Shown here: positions 36,344-45,246 of the stretch, piece by piece | How positions within the stretch are numbered: position 1 is the first letter of the stretch | Layout: every line of letters begins with the position of its first letter | NCBI GenBank assembly: GCA_903861715.1 | Contig: CAIOVI010000052.1 | Span: 1-62,984 of the forward strand | From: an uncultured bacterium | Lineage (GTDB): Bacteria > Patescibacteriota > Minisyncoccia > Moranbacterales > GWC2-37-73 | Length of the DNA: 62,984 nt | Direction of reading: 5' to 3' | Made by a program: the position numbers and the translations under genes | The notes under the pieces: generated by a model | Databases searched by the model: none | What the model saw: the letters and a program-made list of their open reading frames with translations, nothing else | Told to the model about the DNA's origin: nothing

Positions 36344-37021
36344 TTATAAGCTAATCTTCAGTCCCGGTCCCATTGTTGAACAAATCGAGATAGAAACCAC
36401 GTATCGGCCTTTCACGCCAGCTGGACGAGCCTTGGTGATGGCTTCAACAATCGCTTCATAATTTTCTTGCAATCTTTTCTCATCAAAAGAAAGTTTGCCA
36501 AAAACTTGATGCACGTTGCCCGTGTTGTCATTCTTGAAAGAAGCCTTGCCTTTTTTGAGCATTTCCACCGCTTCTTTGATTTTGTCAGTCACGGTTTCCG
36601 TCTTGGGACTTGGCATCAACCCACGGGGTCCCAGGATTTTGGCCACAGCTGCCAATTTTGGCATCATTTCAGGGGTGGCTAGCAAAACGTCAAAAGGCTC
36701 AGCTTTGCCAATTTTGATTTTTTCAATCAATTCTTCGCCCCCCACCAAATCAGCGCCAGCTTCTTGAGCATCCTTGGCCTTGGTGGAAGTCACAACTGCA
36801 ATTTTCAAAGTTTTGCCGGTTCCATGTGGAAGCACCACAGTGCCACGAACTTGCTCATCACCTTTCTTAGGGTCGATGTTAAGTTTTACATGAACTTCGA
36901 CTGATTCGTCAAATTTGGCAATTTTGCCACCATGCACAAGCTTGAGAGCCTCATCGATGGCATAAACTTTTTTCAAATCCATTTTCTCAACCACTGCGCG
37001 ATACTTTTTCCCGTGTTTCAT
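36344..37021 (-). CDS. rplA: 50S ribosomal protein L1
   Basis: MKHGKKYRAVVEKMD...VRGTVVLPHGTGK. Confidence 0.95.
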   Translation of the reverse strand: MKHGKKYRAVVEKMDLKKVYAIDEALKLVHGGKIAKFDESVEVHVKLNIDPKKGDEQVRGTVVLPHGTGKTLKIAVVTSTKAKDAQEAGADLVGGEELIEKIKIGKAEPFDVLLATPEMMPKLAAVAKILGPRGLMPSPKTETVTDKIKEAVEMLKKGKASFKNDNTGNVHQVFGKLSFDEKRLQENYEAIVEAITKARPAGVKGRYVVSISICSTMGPGLKISL

Positions 37022-37192
37022 AATGTTTGTTGTGGTAATAACAGACTGCGCAACAATTGCTCAATCCTCCCACCTAAATTAAAAAATATAATACAAATCT
37101 ACAAATGAATGCTAATAATGCGAATATGCAAATAATAAAATCCATTCGCATATTTGCAGATTTGCATAAATTCGCAAAATTTGTATTTTTTA

Positions 37193-37615
37193 TTATTCGA
37201 TTTTGATTCCCATTGACCTGGCTGAACCGGCCACAATTTTCATGGCGCCTTCGACATCGTTGGCGTTCAAATCAACCATTTTTACTTTAGCGATTTCTTC
37301 CAATTGAGCCTTGCTAACCACGCCAACTTTTTCTTTGAGCGGATTGGCAGCGCCTTTGGCAGCGCCAGCGGCTTTCTTGAGAAGTTCAGCAGCTGGAGCA
37401 GTTTTCATGATGAAATCGAAACTGCGATCCTCAAACACGGTGATTTCAACTGGCACCACTTCTCCCATCTTGTCTTTGGTAGCATCATTAAAACGCATGC
37501 AAAATTCCTGAATTGCCACGCCATGCTGTCCCAAAACCGGTCCGACTGGCGGCGCTGGATTTGCCTTGCCTCCAACAATTTGGAGCTTGATAACTGTCTT
37601 GATTTTCTTTGCCAT
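37193..37615 (-). CDS. rplK: 50S ribosomal protein L11
   Basis: [24 protein letters not shown]. Confidence 0.95.
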   Translation of the reverse strand: MAKKIKTVIKLQIVGGKANPAPPVGPVLGQHGVAIQEFCMRFNDATKDKMGEVVPVEITVFEDRSFDFIMKTAPAAELLKKAAGAAKGAANPLKEKVGVVSKAQLEEIAKVKMVDLNANDVEGAMKIVAGSARSMGIKIE

Positions 37616-37772
37616 AAATTTATACTGTTATATTGTCATATTGTTATATTGTTAATCGTGCATTTTAGCAATATAACAATTTAGCAATATAACAATTTCT
37701 ATAAAATTTCTCCTAAATTTTAATCTTCCAGGGAAGCTGTCAAAGACACAGGAAAATTAAAAAGTTTTTACT

Positions 37773-38318
37773 TTAAATTTTCTTAATTTGCAAAAAGTCC
37801 AATTCGACTGGAGTTTCGCGTCCAAACATAGAAACCAACACTTTGACTTTTCCTTTTTCCTCATCAAACTCTTGAACTTTGCCGTCAAAATCCTTAAACG
37901 GTCCGTCATTGATCTTGATTGCATCTCCGGCTTTGATGTCCATTTTATATTTCGGTTCAGACACGCCCATACGCTTTTTGAGCATTTCAATTTCGCGAGG
38001 ATCAACTGGAGTTGGTGTTGTACCAAGGCCGATAAAGCCAGTCACATTCGGCGTATTTCGGACCACGTACCAAGAAGCATCCGTTACCATCATCTGCACC
38101 AACACATAACCAGGATAAATTCGTTCCTCCACTACTGTTCTTTTCCCATTTTTAATCTTGATTTTGTTCTCAGTTGGCACCATCACATCAAAAATCAAAT
38201 CCTGCATATCCATTGATTCGATGCGCTGTTTGAGATTTCGTGCCACATTGTCTTCGTATCCCGAATATGTATGGATCACATACCAGGCTAATCCATGATG
38301 TTGTGTCTGCTTCGCCAT
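37773..38318 (-). CDS. nusG: Transcription termination/antitermination factor NusG
   Basis: WYVIHTYSGYEDNV (NGN domain) and a KOW domain with GDAIKINDGPFKDFDGKV. Confidence 0.95.
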   Translation of the reverse strand: MAKQTQHHGLAWYVIHTYSGYEDNVARNLKQRIESMDMQDLIFDVMVPTENKIKIKNGKRTVVEERIYPGYVLVQMMVTDASWYVVRNTPNVTGFIGLGTTPTPVDPREIEMLKKRMGVSEPKYKMDIKAGDAIKINDGPFKDFDGKVQEFDEEKGKVKVLVSMFGRETPVELDFLQIKKI

Positions 38319-38374
38319 TTTTGTCTGCCGATGCGAAACTACGAAACTGACACGAATCTACGAACTCGCATTAC

Positions 38375-38480
38375 TCCTCTCTTTAGAAAAGAGAGGTTGG
38401 GAGAGATTTGAAAAACTTTCTTTATCTTAGTTAGTCTTTCAAATTCCCCTCAATCCCCTTTTTCTAAAAGGGGAAGAAAA
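38375..38480 (+). repeat. ~105-bp double-hairpin element, copy c
   Basis: ctcctctctttagaaaagagagg...cccctttttctaaaaggggaag. Confidence 0.8.
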
Positions 38481-38522
38481 TACTTTCGTAGATTCGAATG
38501 CTATTCGTAGTTTCGAATCGCT

Positions 38523-38711
38523 TTATTTAATGATATACGTCTTTAAAATATAACTGAAAATCCAGTCTAGTCCGCCCAGGAAAAGGGCCACTGCGAGGCT
38601 GACTGCCACCACCAAAATTGTGTAGTTGATGGTCTGCTTTTTGGTTGGCCAATTCACTTTCATCAATTCTGCTTTGGCTTCTTGAAAAAATTGTACAGTT
38701 TTCTTTATCAT
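38523..38711 (-). CDS. secE: Preprotein translocase subunit SecE
   Basis: 62 aa with KVNWPTKKQTINYTILVVAVSLAVALFLGGLD. It sits upstream of nusG, as is typical. Confidence 0.9.
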   Translation of the reverse strand: MIKKTVQFFQEAKAELMKVNWPTKKQTINYTILVVAVSLAVALFLGGLDWIFSYILKTYIIK

Positions 38712-38763
38712 AATGTAACCGATGCGAAACTACAAACTTTATACGAATCTACGAACTTGTACC

Positions 38764-38872
38764 CCTCCTCCCTTTAGCAAAGGGAGGTTGGGAGGGATTT
38801 GGAAAACTTTCTTTATTTAAGTTAATCTTTCAAATCCACCTCAATCCTCCTTTTCTAAAGGAGGAAGAAAAT
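38764..38872 (+). repeat. ~105-bp double-hairpin element, copy d
   Basis: cctcctccctttagcaaagggagg...cctccttttctaaaggaggaag. Confidence 0.8.
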
Positions 38873-39014
38873 ACACTTGTAAATTCAAATACCATTCGTT
38901 GTTTCGAATCGTCATTGAATTTTGAGGTTTTTTAAAAAGCCCTTGGGGCTTTCTTTATATATCTAATCTACACTATCTCGGGTTTTTTGTCAACAACCAG
39001 TCAACAACCAGCTA

Positions 39015-39042
39015 TGGACAAATATTTTCTTTTCTGTATAAT
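39015..39042 (+). promoter_or_regulatory. Promoter for the tRNA cluster
   Basis: TGGACA (39015-39020), 16 nt spacer, and an extended -10 TGTATAAT (39035-39042). Confidence 0.5.
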
Positions 39043-39083
39043 AAAATCTAGTTGTTATTTTCCTTACTTTAAAGGAAAAATAT

Positions 39084-39167
39084 GGGCCGGTAGCTCACCT
39101 GAGAGCGGAGATTGCTCGCTTTCTCTCAATCTCTTACACTGAGGAGGTGCTGGTTCATAAGCCCCCA
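39084..39167 (+). pseudogene. Degenerate duplicate of tRNA-Ala (not foldable as a canonical tRNA)
   Basis: It shares GGGCCGGTAGCTCACCTG.AGAGCG and CACTGAGGAGGT with the adjacent tRNA-Ala. The anticodon arm is replaced by gagat-tgctcgctttctctca-atctc. The 3' end (gccccca) cannot pair with the acceptor 5' strand. Confidence 0.6.
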
Positions 39168-39175
39168 TTATATAT

Positions 39176-39248
39176 GGGCCGGTAGCTCACCTGGTAGAGC
39201 GCCTCATTTGCACTGAGGAGGTAGCGGGTTCAAGTCCTGTCCGGTCCA
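39176..39248 (+). tRNA. tRNA-Ala (anticodon UGC)
   Basis: A manual cloverleaf gives acceptor GGGCCGG/CCGGTCC with G3:U70, anticodon loop TTTGCAC and T-arm GGGTTCAAGTCCT. Confidence 0.9.
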
Positions 39249-39307
39249 CCGCGTAAAATTCGCTTCGCTCATCATGCGGCACAGCCATTGATGAAAAAGA
39301 ATTATAC

Positions 39308-39381
39308 GGGCGTGTAGCTCAGTTGGTTAGAGCGCGTCACTGATAATGACGAGGTCCCCAGTTCGAATCTAGGCACGCCCA
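39308..39381 (+). tRNA. tRNA-Ile (anticodon GAU)
   Basis: Acceptor GGGCGTG/CACGCCC, anticodon stem CGTCA/TGACG and loop CTGATAA. There is one C:A mismatch in the T stem. Confidence 0.85.
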
Positions 39382-39476
39382 CCCCAAAAACCAAAAGATC
39401 AAAAATCCTCTCATGGATTTTTTGTTTTTTAAAAATTTTAGAAAAGAAAGAACTAACTTTAAACCAGGGGTATGCA

Positions 39477-39734
39477 ATGACTACTAATGGAAATACTAAC
39501 ATGCTAGCTTCTATCGAAACGCCTACTTATGCGTTAGAAATAAGATTGTTGCCTGCTGCGCACAGTGTTTGGTTTAAGAAAAATAAAAAGACTAAACGCA
39601 TAGTTTTATCAGGAGACCAAGCAAACGCACTCGAAAGAATGATTACCGAGGAATTTCATTTGGCACTTGAGGAGATTGAAAGAAAGTTTGAAAATTTTCT
39701 CGTTGATAATCAACTTAAACCAGAAACTATCTAA
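39477..39734 (+). CDS. Hypothetical protein (85 aa)
   Basis: An ORF immediately downstream of tRNA-Ile, with no recognisable motif. Confidence 0.45.
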   Translation: MTTNGNTNMLASIETPTYALEIRLLPAAHSVWFKKNKKTKRIVLSGDQANALERMITEEFHLALEEIERKFENFLVDNQLKPETI

Positions 39735-39757
39735 TAATCCCAAAAAAGGAGGGCACC

Positions 39758-40126
39758 ATGCCTGATTACAAGTTTTGCTTTAACAAGCTTGGGGCGGGAG
39801 AAAATCTCAGCAAGGGTGAAAGTTCCTGTGGACATTGCTTTCTTCCTGCAGAAAACGATGCAGGCGCCAAAAAAGTTGCAGCGACAGCAGTTGCGATAAT
39901 GAACGCCTTAGGCGTTCATAGAACCTTTAAAATAAACGACATCCACTTGGATAAAGGGAGTTTCAGTCCTGGAATATGCACGCCCTGTGAAGATCCTGAT
40001 GCTTTTCAAATCGTGCTCGACGCTTTATATCCAAAAGATGAGAATGGCGTCAGAAGTGTCTCCAAAATGCCCTCTTTCGCTCCCCCCTGGGACGAAGAGA
40101 AGGCGCGTGTTCTTCCTATTCAATGA
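39758..40126 (+). CDS. Hypothetical protein (122 aa, Cys-containing)
   Basis: A strong RBS aaggaggg lies 5 nt before the ATG. No motif was recognised. Confidence 0.55.
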   Translation: MPDYKFCFNKLGAGENLSKGESSCGHCFLPAENDAGAKKVAATAVAIMNALGVHRTFKINDIHLDKGSFSPGICTPCEDPDAFQIVLDALYPKDENGVRSVSKMPSFAPPWDEEKARVLPIQ

Positions 40127-40140
40127 AAAACTACAAAATA

Positions 40141-40176
40141 AAACCTACAAGTAAAAACCTGCTCTTGTAGGTTTTT
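40141..40176 (+). terminator. Rho-independent terminator
   Basis: aaacctacaag-taaaaacctgctc-ttgtaggttttt. Confidence 0.65.
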
Positions 40177-40192
40177 ACTTACCCAAAAAAGT

Positions 40193-40226
40193 GTGACAGA
40201 AGTCTGCGACCGCAGACTTCTGTCAC
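40193..40226. repeat. Perfect 16-bp-arm hairpin of the 'gacagaagtctgcg' family
   Basis: gtgacagaagtctgcg-ac-cgcagacttctgtcac. Degenerate copies lie at 7175-7283. Confidence 0.85.
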
Positions 40227-40240
40227 GTTTTAAAAAAAGA

Positions 40241-41164
40241 CTATTTCTTCAAATGCGCATGAATACTGTGTGCGGCAACGGCTCCTTCGGCAGCAGCTGT
40301 CACAATTTGTTTGAATTTGTCAGAGCCAGTCGTGATGTCGCCAGCAGCCCAGATACCCTTGCAACTAGTTTTGCCACTAGGATCAATCTTGACGTAGCCA
40401 TTTTCGTCAGTTTCAATTTCCAAATTTTTGACCAACTCCACATTTGGATCACTGCCGATCTCCACAAACACGCCATCGACTTTTAAAGTGTCGGAATTAT
40501 TAAATGCATCATTGTCCAACAAAAGTTCCTGCACTTTTCCTTCGCCTCTGATTTCTTTGACATTAGTGTTATACAAAATTTCAATCTTGGAATTTTTCTC
40601 CAGGGCCGTGGCCCAGAAAGATTCACAGCGAATTTTTTCGCCGCGATAAATCACGAAAACCTTCTCTGCAATATCCCCAAGATAAACCGCTGCTCCTGCT
40701 GCGCTGTCATTGCCACCCACCACGGCCACCGTTTTGCCGCGATAAAAAAATCCATCACAAGTCGCACAATAGGAAACTCCTTTGCCCGCAAATTCTTTTT
40801 CGCCGACCACACCAAGATGGCGATGTTTTGTCCCCATGGCTAGCAAAATTGTTTTGGCCTCCAATTTTTCGCCGTTGCTCAGCAGCAACAGATAATTTTC
40901 ATCTTTGATTTCAATCGCATCCACCAAGGCCACGATGTTTTTGGTGCCATAACTTTCTGCATGAGCATTGGCTTTCATGGCAAATTCAAAGCCGGCAATT
41001 TTTTCCGTGCCAAGCCAATTGCCAATTTCGTGGGTCTGGGTAGTGAGTCCTCCAGCAATCCCACCAATCACAACATTACTGATGCCATAACGCGAAGCAT
41101 ACACCGAAGCCGAAAGCCCCGCCGGTCCTGCGCCGATAATAGCCAAATCAAATGATAGACTCAT
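40241..41164 (-). CDS. trxB: Thioredoxin-disulfide reductase
   Basis: FDLAIIGAGPAGLSASVYA and the redox centre CATCDG. The start is taken at the ATG at 41164, because the longer ORF to 41212 runs through ggaacatgg repeat words. Confidence 0.9.
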   Translation of the reverse strand: MSLSFDLAIIGAGPAGLSASVYASRYGISNVVIGGIAGGLTTQTHEIGNWLGTEKIAGFEFAMKANAHAESYGTKNIVALVDAIEIKDENYLLLLSNGEKLEAKTILLAMGTKHRHLGVVGEKEFAGKGVSYCATCDGFFYRGKTVAVVGGNDSAAGAAVYLGDIAEKVFVIYRGEKIRCESFWATALEKNSKIEILYNTNVKEIRGEGKVQELLLDNDAFNNSDTLKVDGVFVEIGSDPNVELVKNLEIETDENGYVKIDPSGKTSCKGIWAAGDITTGSDKFKQIVTAAAEGAVAAHSIHAHLKK

Positions 41165-41323
41165 ATAAAACATATACCATGGAACATGGAACAAAAAAAA
41201 TGCCATGCCCATTTTATGATTAATACCCTTTAAAATAATTATTTCAAAATTTTATTTTATGCCTATTTTATAAACAAATCTTGCATTTCATGTTCCATGT
41301 TATGTGTTCCATGTTCTATATTC

Positions 41324-41602
41324 TCACTTCATTTTAAAAAGGCTCTTCAAATATTTTTCGTCAATTTTTTTCTTGCCGCCTTCCCAATTGCAGACAAAAT
41401 CATTTTTGAGCAACTCGATGCCCAACATCGAAACCGCCTCACGAATAGCCGTAATTTGCGTGATGATGTCAATGCATTCTTTCTGCTCCTGGACCATTCG
41501 CCTTATCCCCTTGAGCTGTCCTTCCACTCTTGAAATCCGATTAAGAATTTTTTCTTTGACAAGCTCTTTGTCTTTTTGAGAAACCACTTTTTTTACAACC
41601 AT
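41324..41602 (-). CDS. csoR: CsoR/RcnR-family metal-sensing transcriptional repressor
   Basis: 92 aa with the DUF156 pattern ILNRISRVEGQLKGIRRMVQEQKECIDIITQITAIREA. Confidence 0.8.
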   Translation of the reverse strand: MVVKKVVSQKDKELVKEKILNRISRVEGQLKGIRRMVQEQKECIDIITQITAIREAVSMLGIELLKNDFVCNWEGGKKKIDEKYLKSLFKMK

Positions 41603-41643
41603 ATTTTTAGTTACCGATTACTGGCTACTAGTTACTATTTAAG

Positions 41644-41660
41644 ATACCTCCTGGGGGTAT
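41644..41660. promoter_or_regulatory. CsoR-type operator (GC-tract palindrome)
   Basis: ATACCTCCTGGGGGTAT lies 42 bp upstream of the csoR start. It resembles the ATACC-n-GGGGGTAT operators of CsoR regulators as I recall them. Confidence 0.55.
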
Positions 41661-41770
41661 TTTACCATAGAAAAATAAAAGATGTCAAACCAAACTAAAG
41701 AAAATAAAAAACAGTGTCCCATAACAAATGACACTGGTTTATAATAAAGCGGGACCTCATGGGCCTCATC

Positions 41771-41851
41771 TTAGTTCCATAGAGACATAATTAACCCCAT
41801 GCAAACAAGGAGCATGACACCTGTAAATACTGCTACGCCAAATAATTCCAT
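41771..41851 (-). CDS. Candidate 26-aa hydrophobic peptide
   Basis: RBS gggag is 5 nt before the ATG. The peptide is MELFGVAVFTGVMLLVCMGLIMSLWN. A hairpin cagtgtc...gacactg plus a T-run (41721-41747, minus strand) follows. Confidence 0.3.
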   Translation of the reverse strand: MELFGVAVFTGVMLLVCMGLIMSLWN

Positions 41852-41932
41852 AAAAACTCCCGTTTATTGAGATTAATAAGAATTACTAAATCCAAAGAAC
41901 AAACTTTTTTATATCAAATAAAAATGGCATTG

Positions 41933-42751
41933 TCAACCCTTTGAGAAGTAAACCGCCACCACAATTGCAGCCAACGCTAGGCGATACCAAAAAAATGGAG
42001 CGCAGCCAACTTTTTGGATGAAGCGCAACATATATTTAATAGACAAGTAGCCAGTAATGGCCGAAGCCAGAATGCCAAAGAAAATTGGCGTGTCAATTCC
42101 AGCTTTGAGCAAATGCGGGACTTTCACAATCGCTGCCCCAAAAATAATCGGGGTCGAAAGCAAAAAAGAAAAACGGGCTGCCTGCTCGCGAGAAAGACCC
42201 AAAAAAAGTCCAGTTGTCATCGTTGCGCCAGAGCGTGACACCCCAGGAATAATGGCCACGGCCTGCGAAAGACCAATCCAAAATGCGTCCAGTTTTGTCA
42301 GCTTGCCAAGCTCTTTGCGATGAGCGGCATATTTGTCCACCAAAAATAAAATCAACCCAACCACGCTCAAGGTAAACGCAATCAAAAGCGGATTGCGAAA
42401 AGCCGCTTCCGCCTTGCTGTCAAAAAGCATGCCAAAAATTGCGCCCGGAACAGAAGCGATGACCAAGAGCCAAAGCAACTGCGAAGGATACTTCTCCGCA
42501 GAATTTGAAATTTGAAATTTGAAATTTGAAATTTTTTGAAGCGCAAGCTGAAAAATAGTGAGCCAATCTCGCCAAAAAAATCCAACCACTGCAATCAAAG
42601 TTCCCACATGCAAAGCCACGTCAAAAGAAAGCCCCGGATCACTCCAACCAAAAAACCACGGCGCCAAAATCAAATGCGCCGTCGACGAAATAGGCAAAAA
42701 TTCCCCCAAACCCTGCAGGATCCCCAAAACGATTGCTTGAAAAATGTTCAT
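41933..42751 (-). CDS. uppP: Undecaprenyl-diphosphate phosphatase
   Basis: MNIFQAIVLGILQGLGEFLPISSTAHLIL. It contains a heptamer-repeat insert. Confidence 0.9.
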   Translation of the reverse strand: MNIFQAIVLGILQGLGEFLPISSTAHLILAPWFFGWSDPGLSFDVALHVGTLIAVVGFFWRDWLTIFQLALQKISNFKFQISNSAEKYPSQLLWLLVIASVPGAIFGMLFDSKAEAAFRNPLLIAFTLSVVGLILFLVDKYAAHRKELGKLTKLDAFWIGLSQAVAIIPGVSRSGATMTTGLFLGLSREQAARFSFLLSTPIIFGAAIVKVPHLLKAGIDTPIFFGILASAITGYLSIKYMLRFIQKVGCAPFFWYRLALAAIVVAVYFSKG

Positions 42752-42855
42752 AATCCCTACAAATTTACAAATTAATTAAAGCCGATGCGAAACTACCTGC
42801 CTCGACGGCAGGCAGGCGAAATTAATACGAATCTACGAACATTTAAAGTTTTTTT

Positions 42856-42955
42856 GTCTTTGCGAGGATGTAATCATCCGAAGCAATCCAGAGCGCTGCA
42901 TATGCCTAGTCCTGGATCGCCACGCATTTCCGATTACAGAAATACTCGCGATGAC
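42856..42955 (-). repeat. 94-bp palindromic element family, copy 5 (100 bp, intergenic)
   Basis: gtctttgcgaggatgtaatcatccgaagcaatccag...ctggatcgccac...ctcgcgatgac. Confidence 0.85.
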
Positions 42956-42984
42956 AAGTCACTGTTCCCATTATATCCTAAAAT

Positions 42985-43695
42985 CTATTTCCTTCCCACC
43001 AGCAAAATATTCCTCCCACCCACAATCTCACATTTTTCAATTTCAAAGCCAGCCTCCTCAAAAAGTTTTTGCAGTTCCCTTTTCGTGAAAGCGTGATGAA
43101 AACGTTGAAATTTTTTGCCCTGATTATCTGTGAAAGAAATTTGGCAGTCGTTCCAGTCCAACTGACTTTTGCCTTGCAACTTTTCAAGCCAATTTTTCAA
43201 AATGTTTTTAAAATATCTTCGCTGAAAAAGATACCAGACCGTGACCACAATGTGTCCATCTTCTTTCGTTTTATTGTAAAGTTCCCTTGCCGCCTCCTGG
43301 CGATATTGCTGAGAAGGAAAATGATGGAAGACCGCAATGCTGAAAATAGCGTTGAAAAAATTATCTTCGAGTTCCTCGGAGCTAAGCTCCGAAACAGTGC
43401 CGGTCTTAAGTTTGAAAAATTTAACATTTTCACTTTCATATTTTTGCTTGGCAAAATCAATCAGTCCTTGAGAGACATCCACACCGCAGTATTGAACCTT
43501 TTTTTCTCCCAGCAATTCCAGCAAGCGTCCATTGCCACAGCCAAAATCCAAAACATTGTCATTTTCTCTGCAATAATCACTGATAAATTCCAAACCTCGC
43601 CAAAAATGTTTTCTGGTTTGAGAAAATTTTTGGCTAATCAAATCATAGCCAACCTCAGTTTCCTGCAAAATTTTTTCCGCTATTTCTTTTTTCAT
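42985..43695 (-). CDS. Class I SAM-dependent methyltransferase
   Basis: Motif I VLDFGCGNGRL. Confidence 0.8.
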   Translation of the reverse strand: MKKEIAEKILQETEVGYDLISQKFSQTRKHFWRGLEFISDYCRENDNVLDFGCGNGRLLELLGEKKVQYCGVDVSQGLIDFAKQKYESENVKFFKLKTGTVSELSSEELEDNFFNAIFSIAVFHHFPSQQYRQEAARELYNKTKEDGHIVVTVWYLFQRRYFKNILKNWLEKLQGKSQLDWNDCQISFTDNQGKKFQRFHHAFTKRELQKLFEEAGFEIEKCEIVGGRNILLVGRK

Positions 43696-43701
43696 AAAAA
43701 A

Positions 43702-45153
43702 TCAGAAGCTATATTCTCTTATTTTAAGACGCAAATTTAAAGCGGCATTTTCCCCAGCCACATAGCCAGTTGCCCAACAAACTTGCAGGTTATAGCCACC
43801 CGTCGGACCATCCACGTCAATAATTTCGCCAGCAAAATAAAGGTTTTCCACAATTTTTGATTGCATGGTTTTTGAGTCAATTTCTTTGACTGAAACTCCG
43901 CCACTCGTGACCATGGCTTTTTCAAAACCAAAAAGTCCTTCGACGGTCATCTCCATTTTTTTGAAAAGAGTTGTGATTTTCAGCCGCTCTTGCTTGCTCA
44001 GCTTGCTAGTATGTTTGTGCGTGTCAATTTCAGAAAGGGCAAAAATCAAATCCAGCATTTTGGGACTGGCAAAATCTTGCAAACAATTGCTCAAATTTTT
44101 GTGTCCATTTGTTTCAAAATCTTTGCGAATAATTTCATCCACCTGAGCAAAAGAAAGCTCTGGCTTCAAATCCAGAAACAATTTCAATACTATGTACTCC
44201 TGAGGAGCATAGCAATGCGACGTGAGGATCTGAGTGCCCATATCGCATTGCTTAAGATTTTTTAGGTTTTTTGCCTCTCTTGCGATAACACACATAATAT
44301 CTCGACTAAGATTTAGCGCCAACGGCCCGCTAAGACCATAATGCGCAAACATCAGGTCGCCAGACAAGGTAGCAATCTTTTTTCCAGCTTGCATAACTGT
44401 CGCTGAAACATTGTGCGCCGAAAGTCCTTGAGCATCCTTGATAGCTTGCTCCCTGATCATAATTGGCACCAGGCTCGGCTGTGGCTCGACAATTTTGTGT
44501 CCGAGTTTTGAAAGCCAATCGAAAGCTTTGCCGGTTGAACCTGTGTGAGGATAAGACTTGCCACCCGTGGCCAGAATATATTTTTCAGCTGAAATTTCTT
44601 TTTTCTTGGTGATAATTTTGGTGATTTTACCTAGCGTCTTGGGAGTTGAACTCCCATCCGGGGAGTTCAACTCCCCCTCGAAGCAAATATCGATAACCTC
44701 TTCTGTATTAAAAAAAGTCACCATGTTTTTTCGACAATATTGATAAAGCGCGTCCAAAACATCCTTACCTTGGTCGCTGACCGGGAAAACTTTTCCATTT
44801 TTTTCCACTTTTGTTTCCACGCCAAGCTTGCGAAAAAAATCGCGCAGATTGCTGGGACTCATGCGGTTGAAGGCGCTGAGCAAAAACCGGCCATTTTTGT
44901 AGGCTTTCACAAACTCAAACATGTCGTCGGCGTCCTGCGTGACATTGCAGCGTCCATTGCCACTCATCAGGAGCTTGATGCCATAGCGATCATTTTTCTC
45001 CACCAAGGCCACGCGAGCGCCCTTCTGCGCTGCTCTTCCAGCCGCCATCAAACCCGCCGGTCCCCCGCCAATCACCAACACATCAAATTGTTCTTGGATT
45101 ATTTTTTTCATAAACTTCATCATGACACGCTTTCGCTTTTTTAGCAATCCCAA
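43702..45153 (-). CDS. HI0933/BaiN-like FAD-dependent oxidoreductase
   Basis: FDVLVIGGGPAGLMAAGRAA...LLMSGNGRCNVT. The start is uncertain; alternative ATGs lie at 45123, 45120 and 45111. Confidence 0.8.
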   Translation of the reverse strand: MGLLKKRKRVMMKFMKKIIQEQFDVLVIGGGPAGLMAAGRAAQKGARVALVEKNDRYGIKLLMSGNGRCNVTQDADDMFEFVKAYKNGRFLLSAFNRMSPSNLRDFFRKLGVETKVEKNGKVFPVSDQGKDVLDALYQYCRKNMVTFFNTEEVIDICFEGELNSPDGSSTPKTLGKITKIITKKKEISAEKYILATGGKSYPHTGSTGKAFDWLSKLGHKIVEPQPSLVPIMIREQAIKDAQGLSAHNVSATVMQAGKKIATLSGDLMFAHYGLSGPLALNLSRDIMCVIAREAKNLKNLKQCDMGTQILTSHCYAPQEYIVLKLFLDLKPELSFAQVDEIIRKDFETNGHKNLSNCLQDFASPKMLDLIFALSEIDTHKHTSKLSKQERLKITTLFKKMEMTVEGLFGFEKAMVTSGGVSVKEIDSKTMQSKIVENLYFAGEIIDVDGPTGGYNLQVCWATGYVAGENAALNLRLKIREYSF

Positions 45154-45246
45154 CCACTTGCTCTTTTCAATTTTCCAGGCTATACTGCATTATTAGGGTT
45201 TAGGATTCATGCTTAATACATTATACTTAATACATTATACAAATTC

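Noticed and set aside
39302-39502. 66-aa minus-strand ORF.
   Set aside because: It overlaps tRNA-Ile (39308-39381) on the opposite strand.
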